A stretch of DNA of 64,000 nucleotides from Lama glama (taxonomy: Eukaryota). The translations under genes and the position numbers were made by a program. Of the stretch, positions 1-12,580 are shown in pieces. The notes under the pieces are model-generated. The model was not told the origin of the DNA and ran no database searches. It saw nothing but the letters and a program-made list of their open reading frames with translations. The stretch lies in NCBI GenBank assembly GCA_028534125.1, contig CM052816.1, positions 48,176,001-48,240,000 of the forward strand. The letters run 5' to 3'. Positions within the stretch are counted from its first letter, which is position 1. Each line of letters starts with the position of its first letter.

Positions 1-196
1 ACTACAAATCATCTCTTTTTCCTTATCAACTAAATATCATACCTTAAAGTTGTCTGGAAATAATTTGTCAATGTAATTTAAAGTGGGAGTTATAGCTGTG
101 AACCTTTAAAATGTTTCTTCTAATATTTAAAATATACCCATTTTATTAAATTTAATAGTAAGTAAAATATTTTACTATTTTAATTACGTATGTTGG

Positions 197-640
197 TTTT
201 ACGGGTTGAATTTTTACACCCTCACACCCACCAAAAAAAAGTTTTGTGGAAGCCCTAATTCCATGTTTCCCAGAATGTCACATTATTTGGAAATAGAGTT
301 GTTGCAGATGTAACAATTAAGATGAGGTCATAGTGAAGTAGGGTGGGCTCCAGTTTGAGTGGTGAGCTTGTAAGAAGGTTATCTGAAGACAGACAGAAAG
401 GGAGAACACAATGCTACAAGGAAGCCAGAGATCGAAATTAAGTGTCTGCATCTAAAGAAACAACAGATTGCTGGCAAATCACCTGAAGCTAGAAAGAGGC
501 AAGGAAGGATGCCTCTGCAGGATCTGGAGGGCATTTAGATCTGCCAGCATCTTAATTTTGGACTTCTAGCCTCCAGAACAGTGGGACCATAAATTTCTAC
601 TGTGTTAAACCATCCTGTCTGTGATAGTTTGTTATGGCTA
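197..640 (+). mobile_element. MaLR solo LTR, MLT1B/MLT1C-like
   Basis: Matches MLT1 hallmarks: TTACGGGTTGAAT..., CAGAATGTCACATTATTTGGAAATAGAGTTGTTGCAGATGTAA, AAGATGAGGTCATA, GGACTTCTAGCCTCCAGAAC, ATAAATTTCT...TTTGTTATGGC. Confidence 0.9.
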
Positions 641-780
641 GATTCAAATATCAATTCTTGAATCTAGATAAAAATAATATTTTCTTAGCCCTTAAAATAA
701 TATTTTATAATTTGTTGTGAATAATTAATTACTAAATAATTATCACATTGCCTATAATTACTATGAGTAAAAAGGAATAG

Positions 781-915
781 GGTATAATGGATAGAGTGCT
801 CATGCAACAGTCAAGAAACTGAGTCTACAGAATTAACTCTGTTTGTTACCTGTGGAAAGATCTTTTATTCTCTCTGGGTTGCATTTTTTCCATCCTCTAA
901 ATGAGGGCAATATCT
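781..915 (+). mobile_element. MIR SINE fragment
   Basis: GTATAATGGATAGAGTG ... TCTCTCTGGGTTGCATTTTTTCCATC ... AAATGAGGG resembles the MIR core. Confidence 0.6.
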
Positions 916-1508
916 CTCTGATTACCTTAAATAAGTCAATTGGAATATTAGACCGGGCCATATTTGCCAAATTGTATGAAAATGAAAAGCATGTGTCAGC
1001 ATAAGAAAATGTCTTTATACATGCTTCTATTCTGCAAAAGCATTTCAGTGTTCAGATATTGCACTGTTTAATTATTCTTGCTTCAGGAGCTGAATTCATT
1101 AACTGTGAGTCAAAACAGATCCAGTACTATTTATGAGCATTTGTACCCCATTCATTGTGAGTTCTGATGATTATTTATATTAGACTTCTACTGCTAAGAC
1201 ATTTCATTCTCAATAATACAAAAAATCTCAAATCTTGCTGTATCCAGCTCAGAATTCTCTTAACTCTGTATCTCTAAATGTGTATATCTCATAGACTTCT
1301 CACCAAAATGTCTCTACATTTGTGTTTTCTGCCAGTCACTTATTTCTTGCCCTGAAATTTTTCTAATGTCCCTTTTGGGGATGCTTGCTATGTGTACAAC
1401 CAAAAAGAAAAATAAGAGAATATTAATGTAAGTTGGAGCATCCTCAGCCAATGGGGAAGCAGGTAGATAAATGACTGCTGATGAAGATAAATAAATTCAC
1501 CTTTAAGT

Positions 1509-1533
1509 ACACACACACACACACACACACACA
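1509..1533. repeat. (AC)n microsatellite
   Basis: About 12 perfect AC units. Confidence 0.95.
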
Positions 1534-2755
1534 ATAATTCCTCATGTCAACCAATAGGAGAAGACCATTCGGTATTTAAATGGTAACTCTTCTTGCACAT
1601 GGCTCCATGGTGCTGGAGCAATGTTCCTCACAGTGATATTCTCTATTGTTATTTTATTACACACAACATTCAGTGTATGCTCTATTTTGGGGGATGACCC
1701 AATCTCTACTTTTCTCTATCTTCTAGCACCTGAAATATGACTATAAATGAGGGTGATTTTTTAAATATATTTTTATAGATATAATTTTTATATATTTAAA
1801 TATTTATACTTTCCATCATTATTCTCCTATTTTCTTATTCTCACTAGATTTTCTCTCTCATCTCAAAAATCTATTCTCCTTAATTGGTTTCAGTAAATTT
1901 TGTTTAGAAACAAAAGCCTTGAAGATCCACCACAAATCTTTCACAATGCAGGTAGAATAGAGCCTACAAGAAGAGAAGTAGCAAAAATACAGGGAGGAAT
2001 CATAAATGAAGATCTCAAAAACTATCTTGCCACAAAAAATATATCCTTAGAAAGGGCACTTCTCTATTGAATTATTTGCTCTTTGAAAAATTCAACTTAG
2101 AGATGCAGAGTATGGTCTGGAAGGCAGATATCATTAAGAAGATGAATGAATATAATCTTTTCTCTTTCCACTTTAAATCATTTGAAAGCCAAAAGTGACA
2201 CATCAGTTTAGAAGTATAAGCTAAAAGTGATCTGTGAAATTTACTTCTTTGCATGGGAGAATTGCTACAAAGTCAAGTTACTAGTTAAGTTTAGAATCCT
2301 AAGATTAAACTTAGAATACCTTAAAGTGAGTTTTAGCATTTGCTTTTGGCATTTAACTTATTTCTTTAATTCAAATCCAACAACCCATCCAGCACATTTA
2401 ACTAACTGGTTTTACCTCATACACCTGTATAATTCTTCTATATATTTTCTCATTAACTTTTAAAATAGAAATCTGATTTGTAGGTTAAGTGAATTCAATT
2501 CTGATTTTAGTATTATCATGTTTATTTTATGGTGCACACTGTCTAAAAATAGCATATCCTTCTATATATTTGGAAGTGTTTTTCTCTCCAATGAAAAATG
2601 TTTATAAAAGTGGCAGTGCAGTGTATACAATCCTACAAAATGATTGTGCCATTCTTCACTGAAATAAAAACATTCTCCATGCTAATCTTCTTTGGTTTTA
2701 AATACATAACATTTTAATGCTCTTTTATTTTAAACCTACTGTATTTTAAAGATTA

Positions 2756-2985
2756 CAGTTGACCCTTGAACAATGCAAGGTGGGGTGGGTTTTAGAGGCC
2801 CCAACCCATCATCTGTCCTAGTTAAAAATTCACTTATAACTTTACTGGCAGCCCTCAGAATCCAAGGCTTCTCATGCTCAGATTCAATCAACCATGGATT
2901 GTGTCATACCTGTAGTACTTGTTTATTGAAAAAAAAAATCTATATATAAGAGGACTCACCTACTTCAAACCTGTGGGGTCAACTG
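2756..2985. mobile_element. Tc1/mariner Tigger2-family MITE (MER8/Tigger2a-like)
   Basis: Terminal inverted repeats CAGTTGACCC (2756) and GGGTCAACTG (2985), flanked by TA at 2754-2755 and 2986-2987. Internal GATTCAATCAACCATGGAT is typical of this family. Confidence 0.92.
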
Positions 2986-3394
2986 TACTTAAAATTCATG
3001 AGGTGAAAGGCAGGTGGCTGCCTTCTCTAGGTTTAATATTTCAGATCTATTCAGTTTTCCTCAAAAGACAACTGCCCATACTTTAATGATATGTTTTATT
3101 GTCTCATATAAATGACTGATTGAAAAAACTTCTATACATCGTGTTTAAATTTTGGGTATATGCAAATTATACTAAAAGTTTAACCCCACCACTTTCTTAT
3201 TTAACATTTACTGAATATCCTGCTATTTGCAAAATATTGAGGCACATTACATTGGAAAAACAATGATAAATCGAACACTGGAACACTGAAATTGTGCAGA
3301 TAAAATAATATAGATGTTTAGAGAGCTAACATGGGTGAACCAGAGAAGTCTAGTTTTGAATTTGATCATTCGGAGGTGAGAAACAGAAGAACTT

Positions 3395-3478
3395 TATATA
3401 TATATAAGTATATATACATATATATATACATATATATGTGTGTGTGTATATATATATACCTGTATATATATATATATA
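3395..3478. repeat. (TA)n/(TG)n compound low-complexity repeat
   Basis: Interrupted TA run with a short TG block. Confidence 0.95.
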
Positions 3479-3723
3479 AACCTGCTGAGCCAAGGCCAAG
3501 AAGATAGAAAGTTGCATGTATGACACAGCATATTTTAGACAAGTGGAAGTTTTGTAAAGAGGGGTAGTAGAATATGACTTAAAAAATATATTAGATTTAG
3601 ATTGTGGAATCACCCATGGCCAATTAAAGCAAAATACTGACATGATCAGAATTAATAGGACTAATCTATCAGGTAAACTTAAGATAAATTGAGATAAGGA
3701 GACTCTGTGAAGCAAATAAACTA

Positions 3724-3850
3724 GTCATTCATCCAACACTCATTTAATACCAACTATATGCAGAGTACTGCTAAGAACTACAGAATTAATGTAATATAAT
3801 AGAAATCCCTGCTTCAAAACTTGCAAGCTGTTGAGGAGACAAGTTAACCA
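3724..3850 (-). mobile_element. L2 3' end fragment
   Basis: TCATTCATCCAACACTCATTTAATACCAACTATATGCAGAGTACTGCTAAG resembles the reverse complement of the L2 3' terminus. Confidence 0.6.
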
Positions 3851-3912
3851 TTAAAAATAAAACCATGTGGGAATAAATAAATTTGATGCTCTAGTGATTA
3901 GTAAAATCAAAG

Positions 3913-4161
3913 TATAGTACTGTGATGAAGAGCATAAATTCTGGAATCAGATAGCCTGGGCATGAAACTGACCCCACGGTGGTCTCCTAGCTATGTGACT
4001 TTAGATAACTTAATCTCTCTGTGACTAAGTATTTCACCTATTAAATAGGGAGAATAATAGTTAAAACCTATTTCATAAGATACATGTGAGAATTAGGAGG
4101 TGAGTATGCAAAACATTTAGTAAACTGCCTGGCATATTTTAAACACTCAAGAAATGTTGGC
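3913..4161 (+). mobile_element. MIR SINE, near full length
   Basis: AAGAGCATAAATTCTGGAATCAGATAGCCTGGG, CTAGCTATGTGACTTT, ACTTAATCTCTCTGTGACT, TGTGAGAATTA and TGCCTGGCATA...CACTCAAGAAATGTT occur in MIR order. Confidence 0.88.
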
Positions 4162-4399
4162 AGAAATGAACTCAGAGTTGACTTTCATGGTAACACTTGG
4201 AGACTGGGAATGCTGAGGAACATTTAACTCAGTATTATATAAGGGTAGGATTTAGTTCTAGGAAGACTTTTGAAGACATTGGATCTGTAATGTATATGAA
4301 TCAATTATTTATATATATATATATAGAGAGAGAGAGAATTAGAATTCTCCTATCACTGGAGGAAAGGAAGAATAAACTGAGGTGGCTTCATATCTGAGA

Positions 4400-5612
4400 A
4401 TCTGGGACACAGGACCTATCTAAAAATGAGGATGAACCAGGAAAAGAGATAATCCTCCCTGTCTCCCACCATTATGCTAGTGAAGGAAAGCAGCAAGAAA
4501 CAAGTCCCTACTGGGGAAAGGTAAAGATCATAGAGACTGCAGGAACACAGTGAAGGCCCAAAGCTGAGAGTAGAGATGGAACACTGAGTAAAAGCCTTTG
4601 ACAAACCAACAAAAAGCCGAAGCACAAGATAATATCAGAAGTACTTGAAGCTGGTGGTACATTAAAAAATATCTATAGCAAAAACTGTGTTCAGTCCTTG
4701 ACAATATTCATTTATTTCCTCCACTATAGGCCTACCAGAAAAAAAAAAGGCATGCCTATTCCAGTTACAAATACTCTGTCCCTCAGTTTCTGCTGTTCTA
4801 CAAACTATATCTGACATGCAATTAAAAATTATGAGATACATAAAAGAGTAAAAATCAAACAAATAATAAATAAAACATTCAAAAGAAAACTCAGAGATGA
4901 TTCAGATGTTGAAATTATAAATTAAGGAATTAAGAGAAAAATCTTCTAGTTATTATGTTAACAGAAAAGGTAGAAAACATTCATGAAGAGTTGGGATTTC
5001 AGCAGAGAGAAAAAAACAGTAAGAATGAATCAAATACTAGAGTTAAGATAAAAACAGTAAGAGAGATGAAGCATGATGTTGATGGATTCATCATTAGACT
5101 TAACACAGCCAAATAAAGAATTAATGAAATTTTAAATAGGTCAATAATAATTACACAAATTTAAATAGAAAGAGAAGAGGAAAACAACAAAAACACTAAG
5201 GCAAAACATTATGAGATGCAGAATAATATAAAATGTGAACATATGCTTAATTGGAATCACAGAACAGAGAAAGAAGAGGACAAAAGGAGGATCTGAAAAG
5301 ATAATGGCTAAGGATTTCCAAAAATATTGAATTATATTAAATCAAATTTTCAAACTCAGAGAATTTCTGAGTGAAAACCAAAACCAAACTCAAACAGAAA
5401 GCAACAATCAGAAAAACCTACATGTAAACTCAGTGTATTCAAACTGATAAAGCTATTAGTGAAATTTAATTAAAAACATTTAGTACAATGCAGAGATGAA
5501 GAGAAAAATTACGAAGACCAACAGATGAAAAATAGACACAATAGATATAAGGGAACCAAAAAATAAATACAGCACATTACTTGGCAATAACTATGCAAGA
5601 CATAAGACAATT
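4400..5612 (+). mobile_element. Old L1 (L1M) 5' region/ORF1 remnant
   Basis: A-rich with ORF1-type motifs (AGAGATGATTCAGATGTTGAAATT, TTAGACTTAACACAGCCAAA, TAATTGGAATCACAGAA, GAAAAGATAATGGCTAAGGATTTCCAAAA); reading frame destroyed. Confidence 0.75.
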
Positions 5613-5644
5613 GTTAGGAGGGGTTTTTGTTACTGCTGCTGTTT

Positions 5645-5735
5645 AGTTTTTCTTTTTCTTTTCAATTTTTTTTTCTTTTTTTGAACAAATTTTTAATTGA
5701 AGTATTGTCAGTTACAATGTGTCAGTTTCTGGTGT
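5645..5735 (-). mobile_element. Very short camelid-type L1 3' end with T-rich tail
   Basis: TTTTTAATTGAAGTATTGTCAGTTACAATGTGTCAGTTTCTGGTGT matches the 3' termini of the copies near 42910 and 60430. Confidence 0.8.
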
Positions 5736-5744
5736 TTTCAAGAG

Positions 5745-5929
5745 TCTATGAGCAATGCAGTCCCGCTGACGCCTTGATTTCAGTCTTGTGAGACCTGAAG
5801 CAGAGAAATCAGTTGAGAAACTATGCCAGGAATTCTGACCTATGAAAACAATGAGATAATAAACAGGAACTGTCTAAGCCACTAAATTCATGATAATTTG
5901 CTACAGCAGCAATAGAAAATCAATATACA
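5745..5929 (+). mobile_element. MaLR LTR 3' fragment (MLT1E-like)
   Basis: GCTGACGCCTTGATTTCAGTCTTGTGAGACCTGAAGCAGAGAA ... AAGCCACTAAATT ... GCAGCAATAGAAAATCAATATACA. Confidence 0.85.
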
Positions 5930-6060
5930 ATGTATTTTCCCAAAAGAAATAAAAACATCTTCATCGAAACACTTGCACACAAATGTTCATTCCAGCTTGA
6001 TTTGTAACTAACAAAACTGAAGACCTAATTGTCCTTCAACTAATAAATGGATAAGTAAGC
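5930..6060 (+). mobile_element. Old L1 ORF2 3' fragment
   Basis: CCCAAAAGAAATAAAAACAT...ACTTGCACACAAATGTTCAT...TGTCCTTCAACTAATAAATGGATAA. Confidence 0.7.
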
Positions 6061-6524
6061 AATCTTTCTCTTATAATATCAATGACACTTAAAATTTGAG
6101 ATCTGTTTTCAACACTGGGAATCTTTCTCAGTCTAATACATTTTGGTTCTGGTTTCCAGATCACAATGCCATGAATTAGAATAAAAAGTATAATTAAAAT
6201 ATAAGATTATCAAGTATTGTCTTATCATCTCTTTCTATTTAGTTTTTCACTTTCTCATAGAAAATAAGGAATTGGGGGGTTTATTTCCACTTTGTAAATT
6301 CATATGCATTGCTGTAAATATCTTATATTCTGCTAGATGATTATAAATTATTAAATGAATTATTTCAGTATCCTCTCAGGATTTGAGTTGATTTTCCTAT
6401 GATTACCAATGCTATTCCTTTCCTCTTCTGTTTATTTTTAAAGTTATATGAATTATGTTATCTGTACCATTTTCAGAGAGTTTTTCTTTTTCAATGTTTT
6501 GTAAAATATACTGTGCCTTCTTCA

Positions 6525-9280
6525 AGATAATGTCTGCTGAAAAACATCTGACAAATCCAACATCCTTTCATGATAAAAATTATCAGAAAATTAGGAATAG
6601 AAGGGAATTTTCTCAACATGAGAGGGAATTTATGAAAAGTCCACAGTAACCTCATACTCAATTTACTAAATTTTAGTAAATTTAAATTTTACTAAAATTT
6701 ATCCCTACTATCAGGAACAAAACAAGGATGCTCCTGTTCAACATGCTACTAGAAGTTCTGGCTAGAGCAATTAGGTATAAAAAAGGAAGTGAAATAAAAG
6801 GCATCCAAATTAGAGAGGAAGAAGTATAATTATCTCTAGTTACAGATGACATGATTCTACATATAGAAAACCCCAAAGAATAAACAAACACACACACACA
6901 CACACAAATGTAACCAAGCAAGACCCTATGGGGCCTTCCTGGGACAGACACTGCCCCAGTCACCACCCTGTGTCCTCTGCCTGCCTCTTGTTTGTAGAAA
7001 AACTTCAACCTTCTAGGCCTTCTCTGAGTTCCAAAGAATAAATTCAATCATAAAGCAAGACAATTCAGAAACAAAGGGAAACAGTCAAGCAAGACAAAAT
7101 AATAATAGATCAGCCATTAAACAAAGGCAAAGACCTTTGTTCCTTTGCAAGGGATACAGATACTATTCTGAGCCTATCCTTTGAGCTATTTTGCAGATAC
7201 TGAAACCCCTACCAGGTGGATTAATTTAACCATAGCAAGTAGCACATAACCAAGCATGTAGACTCCAGACTGGATGGAAACGGAAGTTAACATCATGTTA
7301 ACTCCCAATTACCTCACCACCAACCAGTCAGAAGAATGTTCATGACCTGATCACACATTCTGTAACCCTGTCTTTAAAAACCTTTCCCTGAAAGCCATTG
7401 GGGAGATCAGGTTTTTTTTTTTAGCATTAGTTACCGGGCCTCCTTGCTTGGCGCCCTGCAATAAATGCTGTATTTTCCTTCACTATAACTTAACATCAGC
7501 GAATTGGTTTTACTGCACAGGGGAGAGGGGACTCAAATTTGGTTTAGTAACACACACACACTCACACAAACTCTAGAAGTAATAAATTCAGCAAAGGTAC
7601 AGGTTATAAGATCATCACAAAAATTCCAGTTTTGTTATATATAATAGGAATGAATAATTTGAAAAGGAAATTAAGAAAATAATTCCATTTACAATAACAT
7701 CCAAAAGACTAAGATACTTAGGAATAAATTTACTCACAAATGTGAAAGAGTCATATACTGAAATTTATAAACTATAGGCAAAAGAAATTAAAGACTTAAA
7801 TAAATGAAAATAAATCCCATGTTCATAGACTGTATGACCAAGTTGTTAAGATGTCAATACTACCCAAAGCGATGTACAGATTCAGTTTAATCCCTAAAAT
7901 GATACCAATAGTCTTTCATTCAGAAATTGAAAAATCCAGTTCTCAAATTCATAGGCAATTACAAAGGGCCCTGAATAGCAAAAACAACCTGGAAAAAGAA
8001 GAATGAAGTTGGAAATTGAAACTTCCAGTTTTCATAATTTACTATAAGACTTCAATAATCAAAGCATTGTGGTCCTGACATAAGAATAAGCATAGAACAG
8101 TGAAATAGAGTTGAGATTCCAAAAATGGACCTATATCTCTATGGTAAATTAATTTTCAATAAGAATGCCAACACCATTCAATGTGGTAAAGAATAACCTA
8201 TTTTAACAAATGGTACTTTGACAAATGGATTTCTACTTGTAAAAGAAAGAAGTTGGACCCATACCTCGTACCACATTCAAAATTAACCACAAATGGATCA
8301 GTAACATAAATATAAGTGCTAAAACCATACAAATCTTAGAAAAAAGCATAGGGGTAAATCTTCATGATTTTAGATTTGGCAATTGATTCTTAGATATGAG
8401 ACCAAAGCACAAGCCAAAAAAAACCAAAAGGGTAAATTAGATTTTATCAAAATTAAAAATTTTGAGCACTAAAAGACATCAAGAAAGCAAAATGGCTACC
8501 TACAGAATAAGAGACAATTTTGACAAACATACCTACTAAGAGTCCAGGATTGAGAATATATCAAGAACTCTAACAACTCAATAACAACAACAATAAAAAC
8601 AAACCACCAATTAAAAAACTTGCAAAGGACTTACATAGATATTTCTGCAAAGAAGCTATGTAAATAACCATCAAGCATTTGAAAAGATGTTCAACATCAT
8701 TAGTCATTAGAGAAATACAAATCAAACCACAATGAAATACCACTGAATTCTAACTAGGATAGTGATAATTACATACACACAAGTGTTAACAAGGGTATGG
8801 AGAAATTGGAACCCTTGTACATTGATGGTGGGAATGTAAAATGGTACAGCCACTATGGAAAATAGTTTGGTGATTCCACAAAAACTTAAATGCAGAAATA
8901 TCCTATGGTCCTGCAATTCCACTCCTAGGTATATATCCCCCAAATCAAAAACAGGTACATAAATAAACACCGTTTACACAGTTCACTGTAGCATTATTCA
9001 CAATAGTCAAAAGGTGACAACTCAGATGGACATCAATTAATGAATGAATAACCAAATTATAGTATATACATACAGTAGGATATTGTTCAGCTCTAAAGAA
9101 CCATAAAGTACTGATACATGAAACAACATATAAGAGCCTCCAAAACATTACGGTAAGTGAGAGAAACCAAACAAAAAATGTCACATATAGTTTGGTTCCA
9201 TTTATACAACATATCTGAAATAGATAAATCTATAGAAATAATGCAGATGGTGGTTTCCAGGGTCCAGGAGCCTCAATAAA
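6525..9280 (+). mobile_element. L1 (L1MB-like) ORF2 and 3' UTR, 5'-truncated, interrupted by an LTR
   Basis: Continuous ORF2 similarity (CTGTTCAACATGCTACTAGAAGTTCTGGCTAGAGCAATTAGG, ACAGATGACATGATT = YADD-region equivalent, GCAATTCCACTCCTAGGTATATA). L1MB-type 3' UTR start is joined directly to a terminal CCTCAATAAA. Confidence 0.93.
6909..7552 (+). mobile_element. ERV1 solo LTR, MER41-like (artiodactyl type), nested in L1
   Basis: TGTAAC...GTAACA termini, AATAAA near 7460, insertion into a CA run of the L1, and a 5' end TGTAACCAAGCAAGACCCTATGGGGCCTTCCTGGGACAGAC resembling artiodactyl MER41. Confidence 0.85.
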
Positions 9281-11859
9281 TTATTAGAAAAATAACATCT
9301 GGTAACTGCAGATGCTCATTTTCCCAAGATGCTTGTCACGGGGCAAAACTGACCTGAATGCATGGAGATTTTCGCTCATGAAGTTTAAGAAACTGAAGCA
9401 GTGACTGAGTCCTGTCTGTTTACGTTGCCCTGTGTCAATCAACCAGATTGGTTTCTTTCCTTCCTTCTTTGGGTAAGAGGAGTGGTAAGAGCAGAAGGGG
9501 CTGGTAATATGCTTAAACAAAATCTAGCTAGGGAAAAGACCATGTCTTAAGTCTTGGTTACTGCAAAATGGATAATTATATTAACAATAGAGTTGATTAT
9601 AATTTCATAATATTTTTCTTTTACACAGTTCTTATAACTGCAGTTTCATTTTTTAAAATGCTTGATTTTCCCCTTGAATAATGAATCATATTTCTTTGGA
9701 CTCACTTTTCAGTGATTTATCCTGCTACTTCTTTCTCTTAATATTTGCTTATCATAGCATTTATCCTAAATCAAATTTTCTTCATTGATAACAATAAAAA
9801 GATTGACTGTTCCTAATTTATATTTTAAATTTATTTAAACATTATAAATGTCACAGCATACTGGGGTGACCTTAAATATCATGCCATGCTAATGGTTGGC
9901 TTTCTGCTCAATCAATATTTGAGTAATTCATATATCTAACCAGTATCTGATTCTGACACAAAGCCACTTTGAAAAATTAACTGAACAAAATATCATCTGC
10001 TTTCTCTACTCTGTTCAGAAGTGCCAATTACAATTTCTACCCTATCATCATTTCTTATTGATTCTTCCCTATTAACTCTAACACACTCTGTTAGGTTTCT
10101 TATGATTGCTCATCCTAAATGTCTGTGTATGTTCACCACATACATAGGGTAACACCATGTCTTTCTCTTATCCATGTTTCTCTCTTAAATAATATAAGTT
10201 GGCTTAAGCCTTATTTTCTTGTCATAAGGGATATTCCATTAGATGCTTCCTGTGATTTAGTCATAATTTAAGACTAAAATGAATATTTAAGGCCCCTGTA
10301 GACTTACATACTGAATATCAATCATGAATTCTGCAGGGAGACATGGATAGGAAAGACATTTATGCTAAGGAAAAGCAGAGAAGTTAAACTTTGAGAACGC
10401 TCCCTGGTAATTTAATCGCTAAGGAAACAATTGACACTTATATGCCCTTCCCCCACCTCACTTCCAAATCTGCTTTTCTCCTGACCTATTGCTTTTGGCA
10501 TTTCATTTTCTTTTGAAGATTGTTATATATGATCTTATTGCCATTTCATGTTGAGTATATTGACAGAGGTGGTAAGATTTCCTTGACTGTGTGGTTATGC
10601 ACATGTTTAACCTATATGCACCTGCCAAGTATTTATTCTACAGAATGTGCATTGTTTGATGTACTAGGAAAATGACAAGCTGATGTTTGCAAAGGCTGAG
10701 TATTCCTCTGCATTCATTCATTAAGCCATTATTAACCCTTTAAAATGGTAGGTTATTTTCCTTTTCTCTTGATATAATTTCAAGATATATTGTGTTCAAG
10801 AAAATTAGTCCTATTAATACTCCACGTGTTCTGAATCTGCTTTGTAAAATTTCTTTGTGTTGAACAGTTTGGTCTCATTTTATGCAGTGACAATGATGGT
10901 CCAGTGCACTGCCTATTTCCTTTTTAATTTAACTTTGGTCAAAACATTTATAATTATTATTACAAATTTAAAATATTTTTAGATAATGTTGACATTGTTT
11001 CCTTTATTTCAAAATACACTGTTAGATGAGGAAAAAAGTTTTTAGTAGAATTTTAACTTATGGAACATGTGAAACTTGATACTCTTACCATATGTATGTT
11101 ATAGACATATGTTGCATCTATATGCATATATATGTTTATACATATACTCTAAATAGAATACAATCTCTTTTTAAAATCTATAATACTATAATGAATATAG
11201 AGTATAATATACTCAATATAGACTCAATATATGCTTAATACAGTAAATAAGACTAATCAAATTAATCCATATAAACTCCAGATAATGAGAAATTTCATTA
11301 TTTCAAAAAGTGTTTCAACGAATGAGCTATCCAATAATACACAACACTTCCTCATTTTTCTATTATTAAAGTTTTAACGTACTTATCACTTTTCACCCAG
11401 GTTTCTCCAAGCATTGGAGAGAAAAATGATAAATTGCTAAATTGCTAAATTTTTTTAAGGTATATATCAATTTAATCTATTTTAAAGATAAACTAAAGGA
11501 TTCTAGCACAGTCTTATGCCAAATATTGGAGAAGACATTTTTGACAGTTTTGGAGAGAGGGTATTAGGTCTTACTATGTCAAGGGTAGCCGGAGTTTTAC
11601 ATGCATATGTGAGAAGCCAACTGGAGTCTTCAATTAAAAAAAGAAAAACAACATAGTTAGCATTTTATGATCTCCTCCCCTTACACACAGCTTTGGTCTT
11701 TTTTAAATTCCCCCCATTGGTTGACTTACTGCTCTTCTAAATGGACAACTTGTAAGGAAGTGAGAAGTACAAGAAAAATAGTTTAAAAAGAGGCTGTTTT
11801 ACTGGGCAAGAAGAAAATGTACCATGCTATAAGTGTGTCAAGTTCGTAAGATGCGTGGC

Positions 11860-11975
11860 TAGTGTGGCAGTATAGAGTGTCCAGGGTCAGAAAGATATGA
11901 ATTTAGATTCTTTCTCCTAGCTGGGTTCCTAGCTGTGTAAATTTTCTTAAGTCAGTTAGCTACTTAGAATTCTTA
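11860..11975 (+). mobile_element. MIR fragment
   Basis: AGTGTGGCAGTATAGAG...GTCAGAAAGATATGAATTTAGATTC...CCTAGCTGTGTAA...AAGTCAGTTA. Confidence 0.6.
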
Positions 11976-11989
11976 CTGAGAACTAAAAA

Positions 11990-12580
11990 TGAATCTGTAG
12001 ATTGGCGTAACAAAGACATTTTAACAATATTAATTCTACCAATCCATGAAAACAGGATATCTCCAGTTATTTGCATCTTTTAATTTCTTTCATTAATGTT
12101 TTACAGTTTTCAGTGCACAGACCTTTCTCCTCCTTGGTTAAACTTATTTTACATATAATATTATTTTTGATGCTATTGTAAATGGGATTGTTTTCTTAAC
12201 TTTGGGGATAGTTCATTAACAGTATATAGAAACACAACAGCTTTTTGTATGTTGATTTTGTATCCTACAATTTTATTGAATTCATTTTTTTAGTTTTAAC
12301 ATATTTTTTGGTGGGGTCTTTTGGGTTTTCAATATATAATATTACATCATCTGCAAACAGAGATGGCTTTCTTCTTTCTTTTTAATGTGAATACCTTTTA
12401 TCTCTTTTTTTTTTTTTTTGATGCTATTGTAGGAGTTCCAGAACTGTGTTAAATAGATGTGGCAAGAGTGGGCACCCTCTCTTGTTCCTGCTCTTTGAAG
12501 GAAATCTTTCAGCTTTTCAACATTGAGTATGATGTTAGCTATGGGCTTATGATATATGACATTTTTTACGCTGAGGTATA
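11990..12580 (-). mobile_element. L1 ORF2 fragment (non-inverted part of a 5'-inverted element)
   Basis: Reverse-strand ORF2 sequence, e.g. GACATTTTAACAATATTAATTCTACCAATCCATGA, CATCATCTGCAAACAG, TTGAGTATGATGTTAGCT. Confidence 0.92.

Noticed and set aside
3350..3715. 121-aa minus-strand ORF
   Set aside because: Runs through a TA/TG repeat (YIYIY), starts at TTG and has no recognisable domain.
6682..7047. 121-aa minus-strand ORF
   Set aside because: Antisense chimera of LTR, CA repeat and L1.
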